A stretch of DNA of 64,000 bases from NCBI GenBank assembly GCA_003193925.1, contig PSPG01000004.1, positions 51,720 through 115,719 of the forward strand, read 5' to 3'. Position 1 is the first letter of the stretch. Every line of letters starts with the position of its first letter. The notes below the pieces were generated by a model. It saw nothing but the letters and a program-made list of their open reading frames with translations. It had not been told where the DNA came from and made no database searches. Below, piece after piece: positions 39,003 through 48,565 of this stretch. A program made the translations under genes and the position numbers. Origin of the DNA: Candidatus Thalassarchaeum betae. GTDB lineage: Archaea; Thermoplasmatota; Poseidoniia; Poseidoniales; Thalassarchaeaceae.

Positions 39003-39983
39003 ATGAGGGCCTTCGTGACTGGGGGGTCAGGACATGTCGGTGGAAACCTCGTTCGTGAACTGATTTCACGTGGCTACGGAGTTAAATGCCTCGTTCGCAA
39101 GGACACTAGGGCTCTTGACGGATTAGATGTAGAACTGGTGCGAGGCGACCTGAACGATTCCAGCGCCATGGGGGCCCACATGCAAGATGTCGACATGGTC
39201 TTCCACGCTGCAGCCTTCGTCGCGGTGGAGCGTGTGGACGAGGCACTGATGGAGCGCATCAACGTCGGAGGAACGCATGCCATGTGCGAGGCCGCTCTTA
39301 GTGCAAGCGTCGGGAGGTTCATCCACTTCTCCAGCGTCCACGCTTTCAGTCAAATGCCCACAGATCGGCCTCTGACAGAAGACAGGGCTCTCGTCAGTGA
39401 TCCCGATGCCGCCCCATATGACCGGACTAAGGCCGCAGCACAACGAGTGGTGATGGGAGCATGCAACAGTGGATTGAATGCCAGCATCATCCACCCTACT
39501 GGCATAATCGGGCCTAATGACTGGAAGCCCAGCAGGATGGGTGCTGTAATCCAGGATATCGCCACTGGACAGATGCCGATCATCCTGCGTACCGGATTCA
39601 ATTGGGTGGATGTCCGAGACGTCTGCAGGACTGCTGTGAATTGCGTGGGGATGGGCAGAAAGGGCCAGAACTACCTCGCACCTGGCTCATGGGGCTCGAT
39701 GAAGGACATCTCGGATGCTGCCTCGGAGGTAGTGGGTAAGAAGATCACATACCTTCAGCTGCCTCTGTGGAGCGCCTATCTCGCACTGCCCTTCGCCGGA
39801 ATCTCATCCGCTCTGACAGGTAACAGGTCGGGCCTTAACAAGGGCAGTTTACATGCACTTGATGTGCAATGCAGAGACATCCCGGGAGTCCTAGCCAAGG
39901 AAGAGCTGCGGCACACCTCTCGTCCGCTTGCAGAGACAGTCAGAGACACAATCCATTGGATGCGTTCGAACGACCGGCTGTAA
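39003..39983 (+). CDS. NAD-dependent epimerase/dehydratase (SDR extended family)
   Basis: 'MRAFVTGGSGHVGGNLVREL' is the Rossmann GxxGxxG motif and a YxxxK active site lies downstream. Start placed at the ATG at 39003. Confidence 0.75.
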   Translation: MRAFVTGGSGHVGGNLVRELISRGYGVKCLVRKDTRALDGLDVELVRGDLNDSSAMGAHMQDVDMVFHAAAFVAVERVDEALMERINVGGTHAMCEAALSASVGRFIHFSSVHAFSQMPTDRPLTEDRALVSDPDAAPYDRTKAAAQRVVMGACNSGLNASIIHPTGIIGPNDWKPSRMGAVIQDIATGQMPIILRTGFNWVDVRDVCRTAVNCVGMGRKGQNYLAPGSWGSMKDISDAASEVVGKKITYLQLPLWSAYLALPFAGISSALTGNRSGLNKGSLHALDVQCRDIPGVLAKEELRHTSRPLAETVRDTIHWMRSNDRL

Positions 39984-39986
39984 GCA

Positions 39987-42467
39987 TCATTCGATACTGT
40001 GCATTCGTACCAGCGACTGCTTCATCATCGACAGCTCAGGTGGGATCTCGACACCGGATATGGGAGACTTGAGGGACAATCCGGAGTCCTTCTTGAGCTT
40101 CCAGATCATGGAGTTGAACTCGGAAATCCCCGGAGTGAGTGCTCTCAGAACATCAATGTCGTCATCCACTGCTCCCGGAGGCAAGCGGGGGAAGGAACGG
40201 ACATCGACAGAGCTCTGGCTGTACAAGGTGTCTGATAGGTAGTGAGTAAAGAAAGGACATATCGGGGTCAATGCACTCAGTAGGTCTCGAACCACCCTGT
40301 GCAATGTCCACGCAGCCACGGCATCGTCATCATACAGCCTTGACTTGGTCATCTCCAACCAGTGGCTGGGGAAGATACCGGTGCCGAATCCCTTGATGGC
40401 CTGAGCCGCAGTATAGATGTCGATTCGCGACCACGCATCCTCGACGCGGGCCATCACGTGGTCGAACTCAGCGAGAATCCAGCGATCCTCGGGCGCCAAG
40501 TCCCGGGGAGGCTGTTCCAGGTCAGCAGGGACGTCGAACTGGCTGGCGAACCGTGCGACATTGAATATCTTTGTCAGGACTCCGAAGTACTTGGCCTCAA
40601 TCTCCTCCGGATTGATATGGAAGTCATCACCCACCTGAGCGTCGCAAGCCTTCCACAGTCGGAAGCATTCGCTGCCGATCTTGCCAGCCCTCAGCTGCAC
40701 CTGCTTACCGTCGGGGCCTTTGATGCTCCATGAGCCGGGCCTCCCACCTGCTCCACACTCCAGAACCGAATCAGCGTCAATCCCATTGCCAAGCGACTTT
40801 GACATCTTGCGGCCCCAAGGATCCATCCCGAGCCCATCGATCCAGATGTTTTGGAAGGCCGGCTTGTCGAACAACAGAGCGCTCTTGAGCAGGGTGTAGT
40901 ACAGCCACGTGCGGACTATATCCTTGCCCTGTGGTCTGATTGAAGTCGGGAATGCCCGCTCGAACAGTTCAGGGTCGCTGATGTAGCCTGAGACGTAGAG
41001 ATTCGAGTTGGAAGAGTCCATCCATGTGTCGAATACCCTCTCCTCCCCCTCCAACTCGCCCAAACTCGAAGAGAGATCGACGAAGGAGCCCAGTATTTTA
41101 CGGGTGTCGCGGTCAAGCACCTCGGAGTCCGGAGGGGGTGACTCGCGCCATGGCTGAACGTAGGAGCCGGAGGGGGGGACGACGACTCTCGAGCCGTCTT
41201 CCGAATACCAGATTGGGACTTCGGTGTGGTACCATCTGCGACGGCTGATTGGCCAGTCGATCGAGATACCTTCCATCCAATCATGGAGGAACTGGCGGTT
41301 CCTCTCGGGAATGAATACGCTCTGGTCCGAAAGTTTAGTGAGTCTATCGAGGATATGGGTCTGCCTGACATACCACTCCTTCAGCAGGATAATCTCGACG
41401 GGATTTCGCCCCCTCTCACTCACTGGAACCTCCTGCATGTGCTCCTCAGCAGCGACGAGTCGTTCGGAATCGCGGAGAATGTCGATGGCTGCTGCGCGGG
41501 CCTCCTCTGCGGGCATGCCTGCCAGAGGGCCGCCTACGGATGTCATCCGTCCCTCGAGGTCCACCGCGACGAATGGACGAAGAGCGAATTCACGGAACAC
41601 AACGACATCATTCTGGTCTCCGAAGGAGCAGATCATCAGGACCCCACTGCCAAAATCCATCTTCACGGAGGGATGCGTGCGGATCTCGACGGTCGGGTCC
41701 CTGTCTGCCACGAGGATTGGCAAGTGAATTCGCTTGCCGATGAGATGCGAATACCTGTCGTCATCGGGATGGACCACTACCACCCCACATGCGCAGATCA
41801 TCTCGGGACGAGTGGTCGAGATTACGACATCCTCCCCATCCTCAGTGGTCCAGCGGACATCACATAGCAGAGTCTTACGGGTGATCCTCTGGACCTCGGC
41901 TTCTGCGATGGTGGTACCCTCTACTGGATCGTAGATGTTGGGCCTCAGGTCCTCGATGATATCGCCTCGCTTGAACAGGTCGACGAAGATGGACTGCGTG
42001 ACAGCCCTGTAATCGGGAGCGTCTGTGAGGTACTCATTGTCGTAGTCACATGACAATCCGACTCGTTTAGCAGTGTCCCTCATTGCCTGGGTATATGGCT
42101 CGATGGTTTCGGCGCACAGGTCAAGGAACTCTCCGCGTTCGTAGGTTCGCATCTTACGCCCGTACTTCTTCTCGACGGTGAACTCGATGTTGATCCCGTT
42201 GCGATCCACCCCCCAAGGGAAACAGACTTCCTTGCCAAGCAGCCTCTGACTGCGAGCTATCACGTCGATCATGCTGTACTGAGCGACAGCCCCTATGTGC
42301 CATGTTCCGCTGGGATAAGGCGGTGGGGTGTCGATGATGAATATCTCACGCTCGCTCTTGGGGTCGAACGAATACCTCTTCGAGTATGATTCGTCGAAGA
42401 GACTCTCCTGGATCCTCTTCTCAAGGTCTATGTTCCATCTCTTCTCGGGGATTCTCGGAGCACTCAC
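39987..42467 (-). CDS. valS: Valyl-tRNA synthetase (class I; archaeal-type)
   Basis: 826 aa. 'IDTPPPYPSGTWHIGAV' (HIGH region), 'KMSKSLGNGID' (KMSKS) and an editing-domain insertion are present. The length and 'WGVDRNGI' fit ValRS better than LeuRS or IleRS. Confidence 0.7.
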   Translation of the reverse strand: MSAPRIPEKRWNIDLEKRIQESLFDESYSKRYSFDPKSEREIFIIDTPPPYPSGTWHIGAVAQYSMIDVIARSQRLLGKEVCFPWGVDRNGINIEFTVEKKYGRKMRTYERGEFLDLCAETIEPYTQAMRDTAKRVGLSCDYDNEYLTDAPDYRAVTQSIFVDLFKRGDIIEDLRPNIYDPVEGTTIAEAEVQRITRKTLLCDVRWTTEDGEDVVISTTRPEMICACGVVVVHPDDDRYSHLIGKRIHLPILVADRDPTVEIRTHPSVKMDFGSGVLMICSFGDQNDVVVFREFALRPFVAVDLEGRMTSVGGPLAGMPAEEARAAAIDILRDSERLVAAEEHMQEVPVSERGRNPVEIILLKEWYVRQTHILDRLTKLSDQSVFIPERNRQFLHDWMEGISIDWPISRRRWYHTEVPIWYSEDGSRVVVPPSGSYVQPWRESPPPDSEVLDRDTRKILGSFVDLSSSLGELEGEERVFDTWMDSSNSNLYVSGYISDPELFERAFPTSIRPQGKDIVRTWLYYTLLKSALLFDKPAFQNIWIDGLGMDPWGRKMSKSLGNGIDADSVLECGAGGRPGSWSIKGPDGKQVQLRAGKIGSECFRLWKACDAQVGDDFHINPEEIEAKYFGVLTKIFNVARFASQFDVPADLEQPPRDLAPEDRWILAEFDHVMARVEDAWSRIDIYTAAQAIKGFGTGIFPSHWLEMTKSRLYDDDAVAAWTLHRVVRDLLSALTPICPFFTHYLSDTLYSQSSVDVRSFPRLPPGAVDDDIDVLRALTPGISEFNSMIWKLKKDSGLSLKSPISGVEIPPELSMMKQSLVRMHSIE

Positions 42468-42563
42468 AGGACCACCTCACGTCTGACGCGGCCCCTCCTG
42501 AGTAACTCCATTCTTGACCATTCCCGCACCTGCAGGTCACCGTGATATCGAACGTGAGTCGAA

Positions 42564-45554
42564 TTGCGATTGCGAGGGGTTGAAGTCCCGTCTTCTTACA
42601 GATTGGATTTGAGCGGTGCCATGAGCGATAGCAAGGGCAAGGGTTTCGGCCCGAGAAACGTGGTACAACGGGCCAAGTCGGAGGCTGCCTCCAAAGTCGC
42701 TAGTGGAAAGAAAGCGATGGGGCAGATTGATGCTGATTTCGTCAAAGGAGCTGTCAGAAGGGCCCCCAACACCCTGCGCAGGGCCCTAGCGGACTCAACA
42801 GCGACTGGGATACTGACGAAAGTGCCTGTCGTGACGGTGGTGCTGTGCCTTCTTGTAACAGGCTTCTTCACCCTGCACTCGGGTATCTTTGACTGTCGAG
42901 AAGGCTTCGAGTACGAGTTCTGTAGCGAAGAGGCAGCATTGAACGTCAACGGAGACCTCGAGGTATACCTACCCCAAGGCTCCGATGTCAGCGTGATGAT
43001 AGCCGTTGTCCAGGAGGACTGGACGACCAATGTCATGGTGATCTACGTCGAGTCGGAGGACACGAATGTCACCACGATCAATATCCTGAATGAGATTGAT
43101 GCAGTCGAGAGGGAGTTGAACTTCGTGCGCAATGACGATGGAGTCAATGACAACATCATCTACGTCCTGTCAATTTCCACTGTGATCAAGGAAGTGAACT
43201 CAAGTGCAGGCAGAGTGGCCAAGGCATTCTTCTCGGGACTGGCTGAGGCCACGGGGAACGAAGACCTCTCCGAGCAGTTCAACGACACCATAGACGAGCA
43301 GGAGGACATCATCGGCAGTTACTCGATTCCCGAGGAGCAGGAGCGAGTCGACCGGATCCTCAGGGAGATGCCGCGGAACGCCCTAGACAAGCTGGTCAGG
43401 GATGTCGGCAAGGACCTGGACGGGGACGGGGACAAGGATGTCTTCCGCGTGAATTACTGGAACCGTGCAGTCATCATCATCGGGATCTCCGACAATCTGA
43501 CAGGGGTCGAAGATATCTCGGAGTTGATTGAGGAAACTCAGAATACCATCAACCGTATCGCAGAAGCCAACAACTGGACAGAAGACAACCTGACGATGAC
43601 CCTGACTGGGCCTGTTCCAATCACTAACGCAGTCACCGAGGAGTCGTTCAAACTGTTCTGGAAGGTGTTCCCCCTCGGCGTACTTGCCGTCGCCATCGGC
43701 CTGTTCCTCTTCCATTGTGACCTGCTGCAGACTGGTCGGATTAGATTCGTCCAGGGACTGAAGGTGGTCATTATCGCGGGGCTTCCAACCTTATGTTCGG
43801 TATGGATCACACTGGGAATCATCGGTTTCACTGACTATGAGGTCACGATGACGGTCATCATCGTAGGGCCGATCATACTTGCCCTAGGGGTTTCCTATGG
43901 GCTCCACATTACCAATCGGTACGCCGAGTCAAAGGGGACGCCCAGAGAGAAGATGGCCATAGCTCTCAACTCGACGGGGCGAGCCGTCTTCCTCTCAGCA
44001 GTCACGACTATCATCGGCTTCATCTCACTGACCTTTACTCCAATGAAACCGATACAGACCGTGGGATGGTCTCTGGCCGGGGGCATAGTCGTGGTCTACA
44101 TCATGACGATGGTCATGGTTCCCAATCTGACGATGATGCTCGACCTGAAGAAACCGTCTCACCCGGCCCCGAAGCTGTTCGTGCAAGCCGTGGGTGTCCC
44201 TTTGAAATGGACTCGCCTCACCTTGGTCCTATTCCTTGCAGCGATGCTGATGTCTGCAGGGATCTCCAGAGACAACGTCGAGGAGAACATCAACCTGCTC
44301 GAGATGGCGCCTCAGAACGTGGAGTCCGTTCAGAAGATGGCGGTATACTCGGATGAGTTCGAAGCAGGCCAGCCCGGATTCCTCCTCGTGGAAGGGAATC
44401 TGGCGGCCAGTCCAAACTTATTCTCGCCGGTGTTAGACGACCCGTATGAGAATCTGAAGGGAATCGAAGCTCTGGAACAGAACTGCAATCGAGTGAACAG
44501 AACCACTGCAGTTTCCATAGTCTTCCTGATGAAAGCCGTGGCCGTAGGCGTGAACGTCTCGGGGCAACCGATAGCCGACCAAGTGGATCAGTGGCCGCTG
44601 CCCGATCAGATCAAGGACGTTGTGGGCTTCATCTTCGGCAGGGAAGTTGCCGGGAACGGCTCGTTCTGGGAGACTCTGGCGGCCTTGGACGGCTCTCCCT
44701 CCGGCGATGACCAAGCCCACAACTTCCTGATTTACGTATTCTACAACAGCATGACTGACGAGATGCGTGAATTATTCATCTCATCCAACTACAGGCGCAG
44801 CCTCATCTATATCGATATGCCATTCATGGATGTCCAGGACACCAATGAGGCTGTCAACGGCAAGGGTGGCATCAACTACTGGGCCGAGAACACCCCTGGC
44901 GTGGAGTCGTCGGCTCTGGTCGGGGTCGCATCGGTGACTATCGAGGTCAACAATCTGATTGTGGACTCCCAATGGACCTCGTTGGGATTCGCTCTGCTGT
45001 TCTCGGTGCTCACCCTCGGCTTGGTCTTCCGAGACCTCAGGTTCGCCTTATTGACGACGATACCAGTCGGCTTCACCGTGGGGATGCAATGGCTGGCGAT
45101 GGATGCCCTCGGAGTCCCCCTATCACTAGTCACGGTGATGGTCGGATCGATACTGGTCGGCGTCGGAATCGACTTCTCCATTCACATCGCCAATCGCGTC
45201 AAAGAGCAAGGTGGGACGATGGAAGCCGTTAGGGTGGCTTGTGCCAGCACCGGAATGAGCCTGTTTGAGGCGACGGTGGTAACAGCTGCCGGCCTAACTT
45301 GCGCTTACCGGATTCCCATAGTAGCAATCCACCCATTCGTGACCGTCATCATCATCCTACTGATTGTCGCGGCATTGTCTGCGCTTCTCCTGTTGCCGGC
45401 CATCTTCGCACTGCTGATTAAGTCCGGCATCGGATTGACCGGTGGCGTAGAGACTATGGTCAAGACCGCAGGATTACGCAGGGCAATCGCTCGGGACGAG
45501 GCTGACGTGATAGATGCCTCGCTGCTCATCGGCTCGTCCGACGATGCGTGGTGA
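42564..45554 (+). CDS. MMPL/RND-superfamily membrane transporter
   Basis: 996 aa with two 6-TM bundles, each preceded by a large extracytoplasmic domain; this is the RND/MMPL exporter topology. Confidence 0.7.
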   Translation: MRLRGVEVPSSYRLDLSGAMSDSKGKGFGPRNVVQRAKSEAASKVASGKKAMGQIDADFVKGAVRRAPNTLRRALADSTATGILTKVPVVTVVLCLLVTGFFTLHSGIFDCREGFEYEFCSEEAALNVNGDLEVYLPQGSDVSVMIAVVQEDWTTNVMVIYVESEDTNVTTINILNEIDAVERELNFVRNDDGVNDNIIYVLSISTVIKEVNSSAGRVAKAFFSGLAEATGNEDLSEQFNDTIDEQEDIIGSYSIPEEQERVDRILREMPRNALDKLVRDVGKDLDGDGDKDVFRVNYWNRAVIIIGISDNLTGVEDISELIEETQNTINRIAEANNWTEDNLTMTLTGPVPITNAVTEESFKLFWKVFPLGVLAVAIGLFLFHCDLLQTGRIRFVQGLKVVIIAGLPTLCSVWITLGIIGFTDYEVTMTVIIVGPIILALGVSYGLHITNRYAESKGTPREKMAIALNSTGRAVFLSAVTTIIGFISLTFTPMKPIQTVGWSLAGGIVVVYIMTMVMVPNLTMMLDLKKPSHPAPKLFVQAVGVPLKWTRLTLVLFLAAMLMSAGISRDNVEENINLLEMAPQNVESVQKMAVYSDEFEAGQPGFLLVEGNLAASPNLFSPVLDDPYENLKGIEALEQNCNRVNRTTAVSIVFLMKAVAVGVNVSGQPIADQVDQWPLPDQIKDVVGFIFGREVAGNGSFWETLAALDGSPSGDDQAHNFLIYVFYNSMTDEMRELFISSNYRRSLIYIDMPFMDVQDTNEAVNGKGGINYWAENTPGVESSALVGVASVTIEVNNLIVDSQWTSLGFALLFSVLTLGLVFRDLRFALLTTIPVGFTVGMQWLAMDALGVPLSLVTVMVGSILVGVGIDFSIHIANRVKEQGGTMEAVRVACASTGMSLFEATVVTAAGLTCAYRIPIVAIHPFVTVIIILLIVAALSALLLLPAIFALLIKSGIGLTGGVETMVKTAGLRRAIARDEADVIDASLLIGSSDDAW

Positions 45555-45592
45555 TGCATCAGATTCATTCGCTTGACTCCAGTGGAGCGCGC

Positions 45593-46066
45593 ATGACCCG
45601 GTACTGGCTGATGAAGAGCGAGCCACACGTCTATCCGTGGGAGCTGCTGGTTGAGGACGGTTCGACTCACTGGGACGGGGTGAGGAACTACCAAGCGAGG
45701 AACCTGATGAGGGATGAGATGAAGATTGGGGACCTCGCTCTGTTTTATCACTCCAACTGCAAGCCACCACATGTCGCTGGAGTCGTTAGGGTCTGCAGAG
45801 AGGGCTACCCCGACCACACGGCCCAAGACCCTGAATCGAACTACTTCGATCCCAAAGCCACCCCGGAGAACCCCCGTTGGATTATGGTTGACATAGAACC
45901 AGTGACGGAACTCGATACCGTCGAGCTGTCCGAGTTGAGGGCGAATCCAAAACTCGAAGGGATGCCGTTGCTCAGAAGGGGCCAGAGACTCTCAGTCCAG
46001 CCTGTTCCCAAAGAGCATTTCGAGATCGTGTGCCGGATGGGTGGCCTTGTGGGAATGCCCGGTTAG
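45593..46066 (+). CDS. EVE (PUA-like) domain protein
   Basis: 'MTRYWLMKSEPHVYPWELL…WDGVRNYQARNLMRDEMKIGDLALFYHS' is a typical EVE-domain N-terminus. The ORF opens at 45548; the start is probably the Met at 45593. Confidence 0.7.
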   Translation: MTRYWLMKSEPHVYPWELLVEDGSTHWDGVRNYQARNLMRDEMKIGDLALFYHSNCKPPHVAGVVRVCREGYPDHTAQDPESNYFDPKATPENPRWIMVDIEPVTELDTVELSELRANPKLEGMPLLRRGQRLSVQPVPKEHFEIVCRMGGLVGMPG

Positions 46067-46074
46067 GTGGGCGC

Positions 46075-46370
46075 GTCCTCGGTGGACGCTCGTCACCAGA
46101 GGTGCAAGTTCACCGATCTCCTCCGCCCCGCTATCCCAAGGCATCCAGCATCCCCGGTCGGGCTGCTCGCTTCCGCGCCTGACCTGGTTCCCGGGCGTGA
46201 GACGGTCCTCGCTTCCCTCCGGAAGCGGCTTCCGCCAACCTGGATCTCTTGGGGGCGAGGCATCGACGTCAACCGGTGGAACACCAATGGCTCGTCTGCG
46301 CCGCCCTCGGACTTCGGGTCTCCATTTTCGACGATTTGAGAACAACAGAGCACGTCAACTCTCCCCCTAG
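46075..46370 (-). ncRNA. ffs: Signal recognition particle RNA (7S/SRP RNA)
   Basis: On the minus strand, 'CCAGGUCAGGCGCGGAAGCGAGCAGCC' (plus ~46161..46187) matches the universally conserved SRP RNA helix-8 motif. It has a GGAA tetraloop flanked by the GUCAGG/AGCAGC asymmetric loop; compare E. coli 4.5S CCAGGUCAGGUCCGGAAGGAAGCAGCC. The gene sits in a GC-rich, highly self-complementary 368-bp gap between convergent protein genes. End coordinates are approximate. Confidence 0.6.
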
Positions 46371-46434
46371 CCCGATTATGGCGGGAAATCGCCCCATATC
46401 AACGAATCCCTGACCCGAAATGTGGGATAAGGCG

Positions 46435-46818
46435 CTATTCCGAGTATTTCGAAGGGCAACCTGTCTGAATCTCATGTGCCTTAAGCAGCCAACCTTCACT
46501 GCTGTCCATCAGGTTTCCCTTGACAGCTATTGTATGGCCCTCTTCGAAACCGTCGGGGATGGCAACCCCAGAGAAGTCAATGTGGAGCGTGTGCGACGTC
46601 CCTGCGAGGTCAAACGAGGATGAGGCGGAATCGAGCGAGCCGGCGACTACTTGACCACGCAGATGCACATTGCCCTCATGTGACTGAGGCGAGGCCATGA
46701 CCTCGTCTACAGAATACTGGGTCTCGGGCTTGACGCTAAGGAACATCAGCGCAACAAGCCCAGCTAGGGCGAGGCCGACTACGATCAGACGCGAAGCCCG
46801 GGTCCCCGCCATGCTCAC
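46435..46818 (-). CDS. ccmE: Cytochrome c maturation heme chaperone CcmE, archaeal-type (CxxxY instead of HxxxY)
   Basis: 127 aa. An N-terminal membrane anchor, an OB-fold region 'VHLRGQVVAGSL…FDL…VKGNL' and the C-terminal 'GCPSKY' correspond to CcmE; the heme-binding His is replaced by Cys as in archaeal-type CcmE. Confidence 0.65.
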   Translation of the reverse strand: MSMAGTRASRLIVVGLALAGLVALMFLSVKPETQYSVDEVMASPQSHEGNVHLRGQVVAGSLDSASSSFDLAGTSHTLHIDFSGVAIPDGFEEGHTIAVKGNLMDSSEGWLLKAHEIQTGCPSKYSE

Positions 46819-46857
46819 ACCTCGATTCGGGTGTTGATGAGGGTTTTCACTGGCGAG

Positions 46858-47991
46858 TCAGCGATTGCCATAGCCAACTACCTCTTCGATGCTCAGGAAA
46901 CCGTTGTCCCTCATCCTCCTGCTGAGTCCCTTGACTATGAGAGACACTACGGACGGGCCCTTGAACACCATAGCCGAGTACAACTGCAACAGAGATGCTC
47001 CCGATGTCATCGCCTCCCAAGCAGAGTCCGCCGAGTCGATCCCACCGACTCCGATTATCGGTACCTCGGAGCCGGCCTCCTCGTAGAGGAGTCTAATCAC
47101 TTCGGCCGAACGCGATTGGAGTGGCCTTCCGGAGAGGCCCCCACGCTCGGCGAAGACGCTCCGCGACTTGGTATTGGAGGGAACGGGGCGGTGGAGGGTC
47201 GTGTTGGTGGCGACGAAACCGTCGATACCCCGCCTCATCGCCATTTGGGCTGATGCGAGCAGCTCGTCGTCCGTGCTATCTGGGGACAGTTTCAGCAACA
47301 GAGGTTTTCCCCCACCCCTCCTCTCACTGATTCTGCCGCACTCGGATAGAATCGAGGACAAGTGGTCGACCTCCTGCAGCTCCCTTAGGTCGGGGGTATT
47401 CGGTGAAGAGACATTGAGGACGAACATGTCAGCGTGATTCCACAGGATGTCCAATGTCTGCGAGTAGTCGCTGGGTGCGCTCTCGTTCGGGGTCTTCGTG
47501 GAACGGCCTATGTTGGCCGCGATGGGAACCTTGGGCCACTTGCCCGAAGCCCGGCGAGAAATCAGCCTGTCCCTCACAGCCGAGGCTCCGGGATTGTTGA
47601 AACCCATCCGATTCACCAAAGCGTGCTCCGACTCGGCCCTGAACATCCGGGGTTTGGGGTTGCCATCTTGGGGAAATCTGGTCACTCCGCCGTACTCGAC
47701 CCATGAGAAGCCCAACGCTGGCCATGCAGAAAGCGCCTCTGCACCCTTGTCAAAGCCTGCTGCCAACCCCAATGGATGGTGAAAAAGGCGTCCAAGAACG
47801 TGAATTGGCAGTTCTGGGGCGTGATACATGGCACTGAGAGCTCGCTGGCCACCCGAACTCTGTCCGAATGACGACAGCCCCTGAATGACGAGGTCATGAG
47901 CCTTCTCGGAGTCGGCGAAGCGAAGGATTGGTCGCACGAAGAAGGAATACGGTAATCCCATTGCTGCAGCCTGCCGAACGATATTCTTCAA
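46858..47991 (-). CDS. pyrD: Dihydroorotate dehydrogenase (quinone), class 2
   Basis: 377 aa. An N-terminal membrane-association segment, the FMN-binding TIM barrel ('GLSNPGA'-type motifs as 'GFNNPGA', catalytic Ser region) and 'IIGVGGI' are present. Confidence 0.85.
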   Translation of the reverse strand: MKNIVRQAAAMGLPYSFFVRPILRFADSEKAHDLVIQGLSSFGQSSGGQRALSAMYHAPELPIHVLGRLFHHPLGLAAGFDKGAEALSAWPALGFSWVEYGGVTRFPQDGNPKPRMFRAESEHALVNRMGFNNPGASAVRDRLISRRASGKWPKVPIAANIGRSTKTPNESAPSDYSQTLDILWNHADMFVLNVSSPNTPDLRELQEVDHLSSILSECGRISERRGGGKPLLLKLSPDSTDDELLASAQMAMRRGIDGFVATNTTLHRPVPSNTKSRSVFAERGGLSGRPLQSRSAEVIRLLYEEAGSEVPIIGVGGIDSADSAWEAMTSGASLLQLYSAMVFKGPSVVSLIVKGLSRRMRDNGFLSIEEVVGYGNR

Positions 47992-48014
47992 GCGTTGCGC
48001 AGCATCGCGGGTTC

Positions 48015-48425
48015 ATGAGCGCATCAAAGCAGGGTGCTGCTATCAGCGAACTCGCCCGCAGGACCCTCAGGTCCGGAGGGGTTACGGTTCGTACAAAGGA
48101 TGCCGGACGGCTCAGTGTCGAGTCCCTCTCGGTTTTGATTTCTGATCTCGCGCCGTCTGTCATATCTGGGGCTGATGCCGTAGAGTCGGATGAAGAGGGC
48201 ATCGAAATCGTGCTCGATGGCGAACCTGGAGGACTCATCGGTGGCCCCGAGCCGCGTACCCTGGAATGTGTTTGGATACCGGGGGTTCCAGATGACCTCT
48301 GGAGGAAGTACAGAAATTCCGTCTTGGATCTGGCTGCCGCTGGATACCCCGGCTGCATTGGTTGCGCCGGTCCGGCTGCTGAATTGCCATGGGATGAAGA
48401 GGGCTCGAGAGTGGTTCTGAGATAA
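48015..48425 (+). CDS. Hypothetical acidic protein
   Basis: The plus-strand ORF has protein-like composition. The overlapping antisense ORF 47894..48358 is Ser/Pro-rich, which is typical of a non-coding frame. The start is uncertain because the ORF opens inside pyrD. Confidence 0.3.
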   Translation: MSASKQGAAISELARRTLRSGGVTVRTKDAGRLSVESLSVLISDLAPSVISGADAVESDEEGIEIVLDGEPGGLIGGPEPRTLECVWIPGVPDDLWRKYRNSVLDLAAAGYPGCIGCAGPAAELPWDEEGSRVVLR

Positions 48426-48565
48426 CCCGCCTCGCGCGCCCCCCCGCTCGCGCACGCGTTGGAGAGTAATCGACCTGCTCATGTTTATACAGGGTCCATC
48501 CGGGCACACCAAAACGAGGTCAGCTAGTCTTTCTCGACAGACAGTGCTGGCAAAGGGGTGGAACT

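Noticed and set aside
40916-41867. Several 150-213-aa ORFs (40916..41371 -, 41224..41727 +, 41226..41867 +) inside the ValRS gene
   Set aside because: They are alternative-frame or antisense ORFs within a class I synthetase gene that has intact HIGH/KMSKS motifs. Their composition is low-complexity Arg/Ser/Pro.
45305-45826. 173-aa minus-strand ORF spanning the MMPL 3' end and the EVE gene
   Set aside because: Antisense to two well-supported genes with no family resemblance.
46041-46623. Cluster of 60-117-aa overlapping ORFs on both strands in the EVE-ccmE gap
   Set aside because: They are explained better by a GC-rich structured RNA gene (SRP RNA) than by protein coding. Their translations are Arg/Pro/Ser-rich nonsense.
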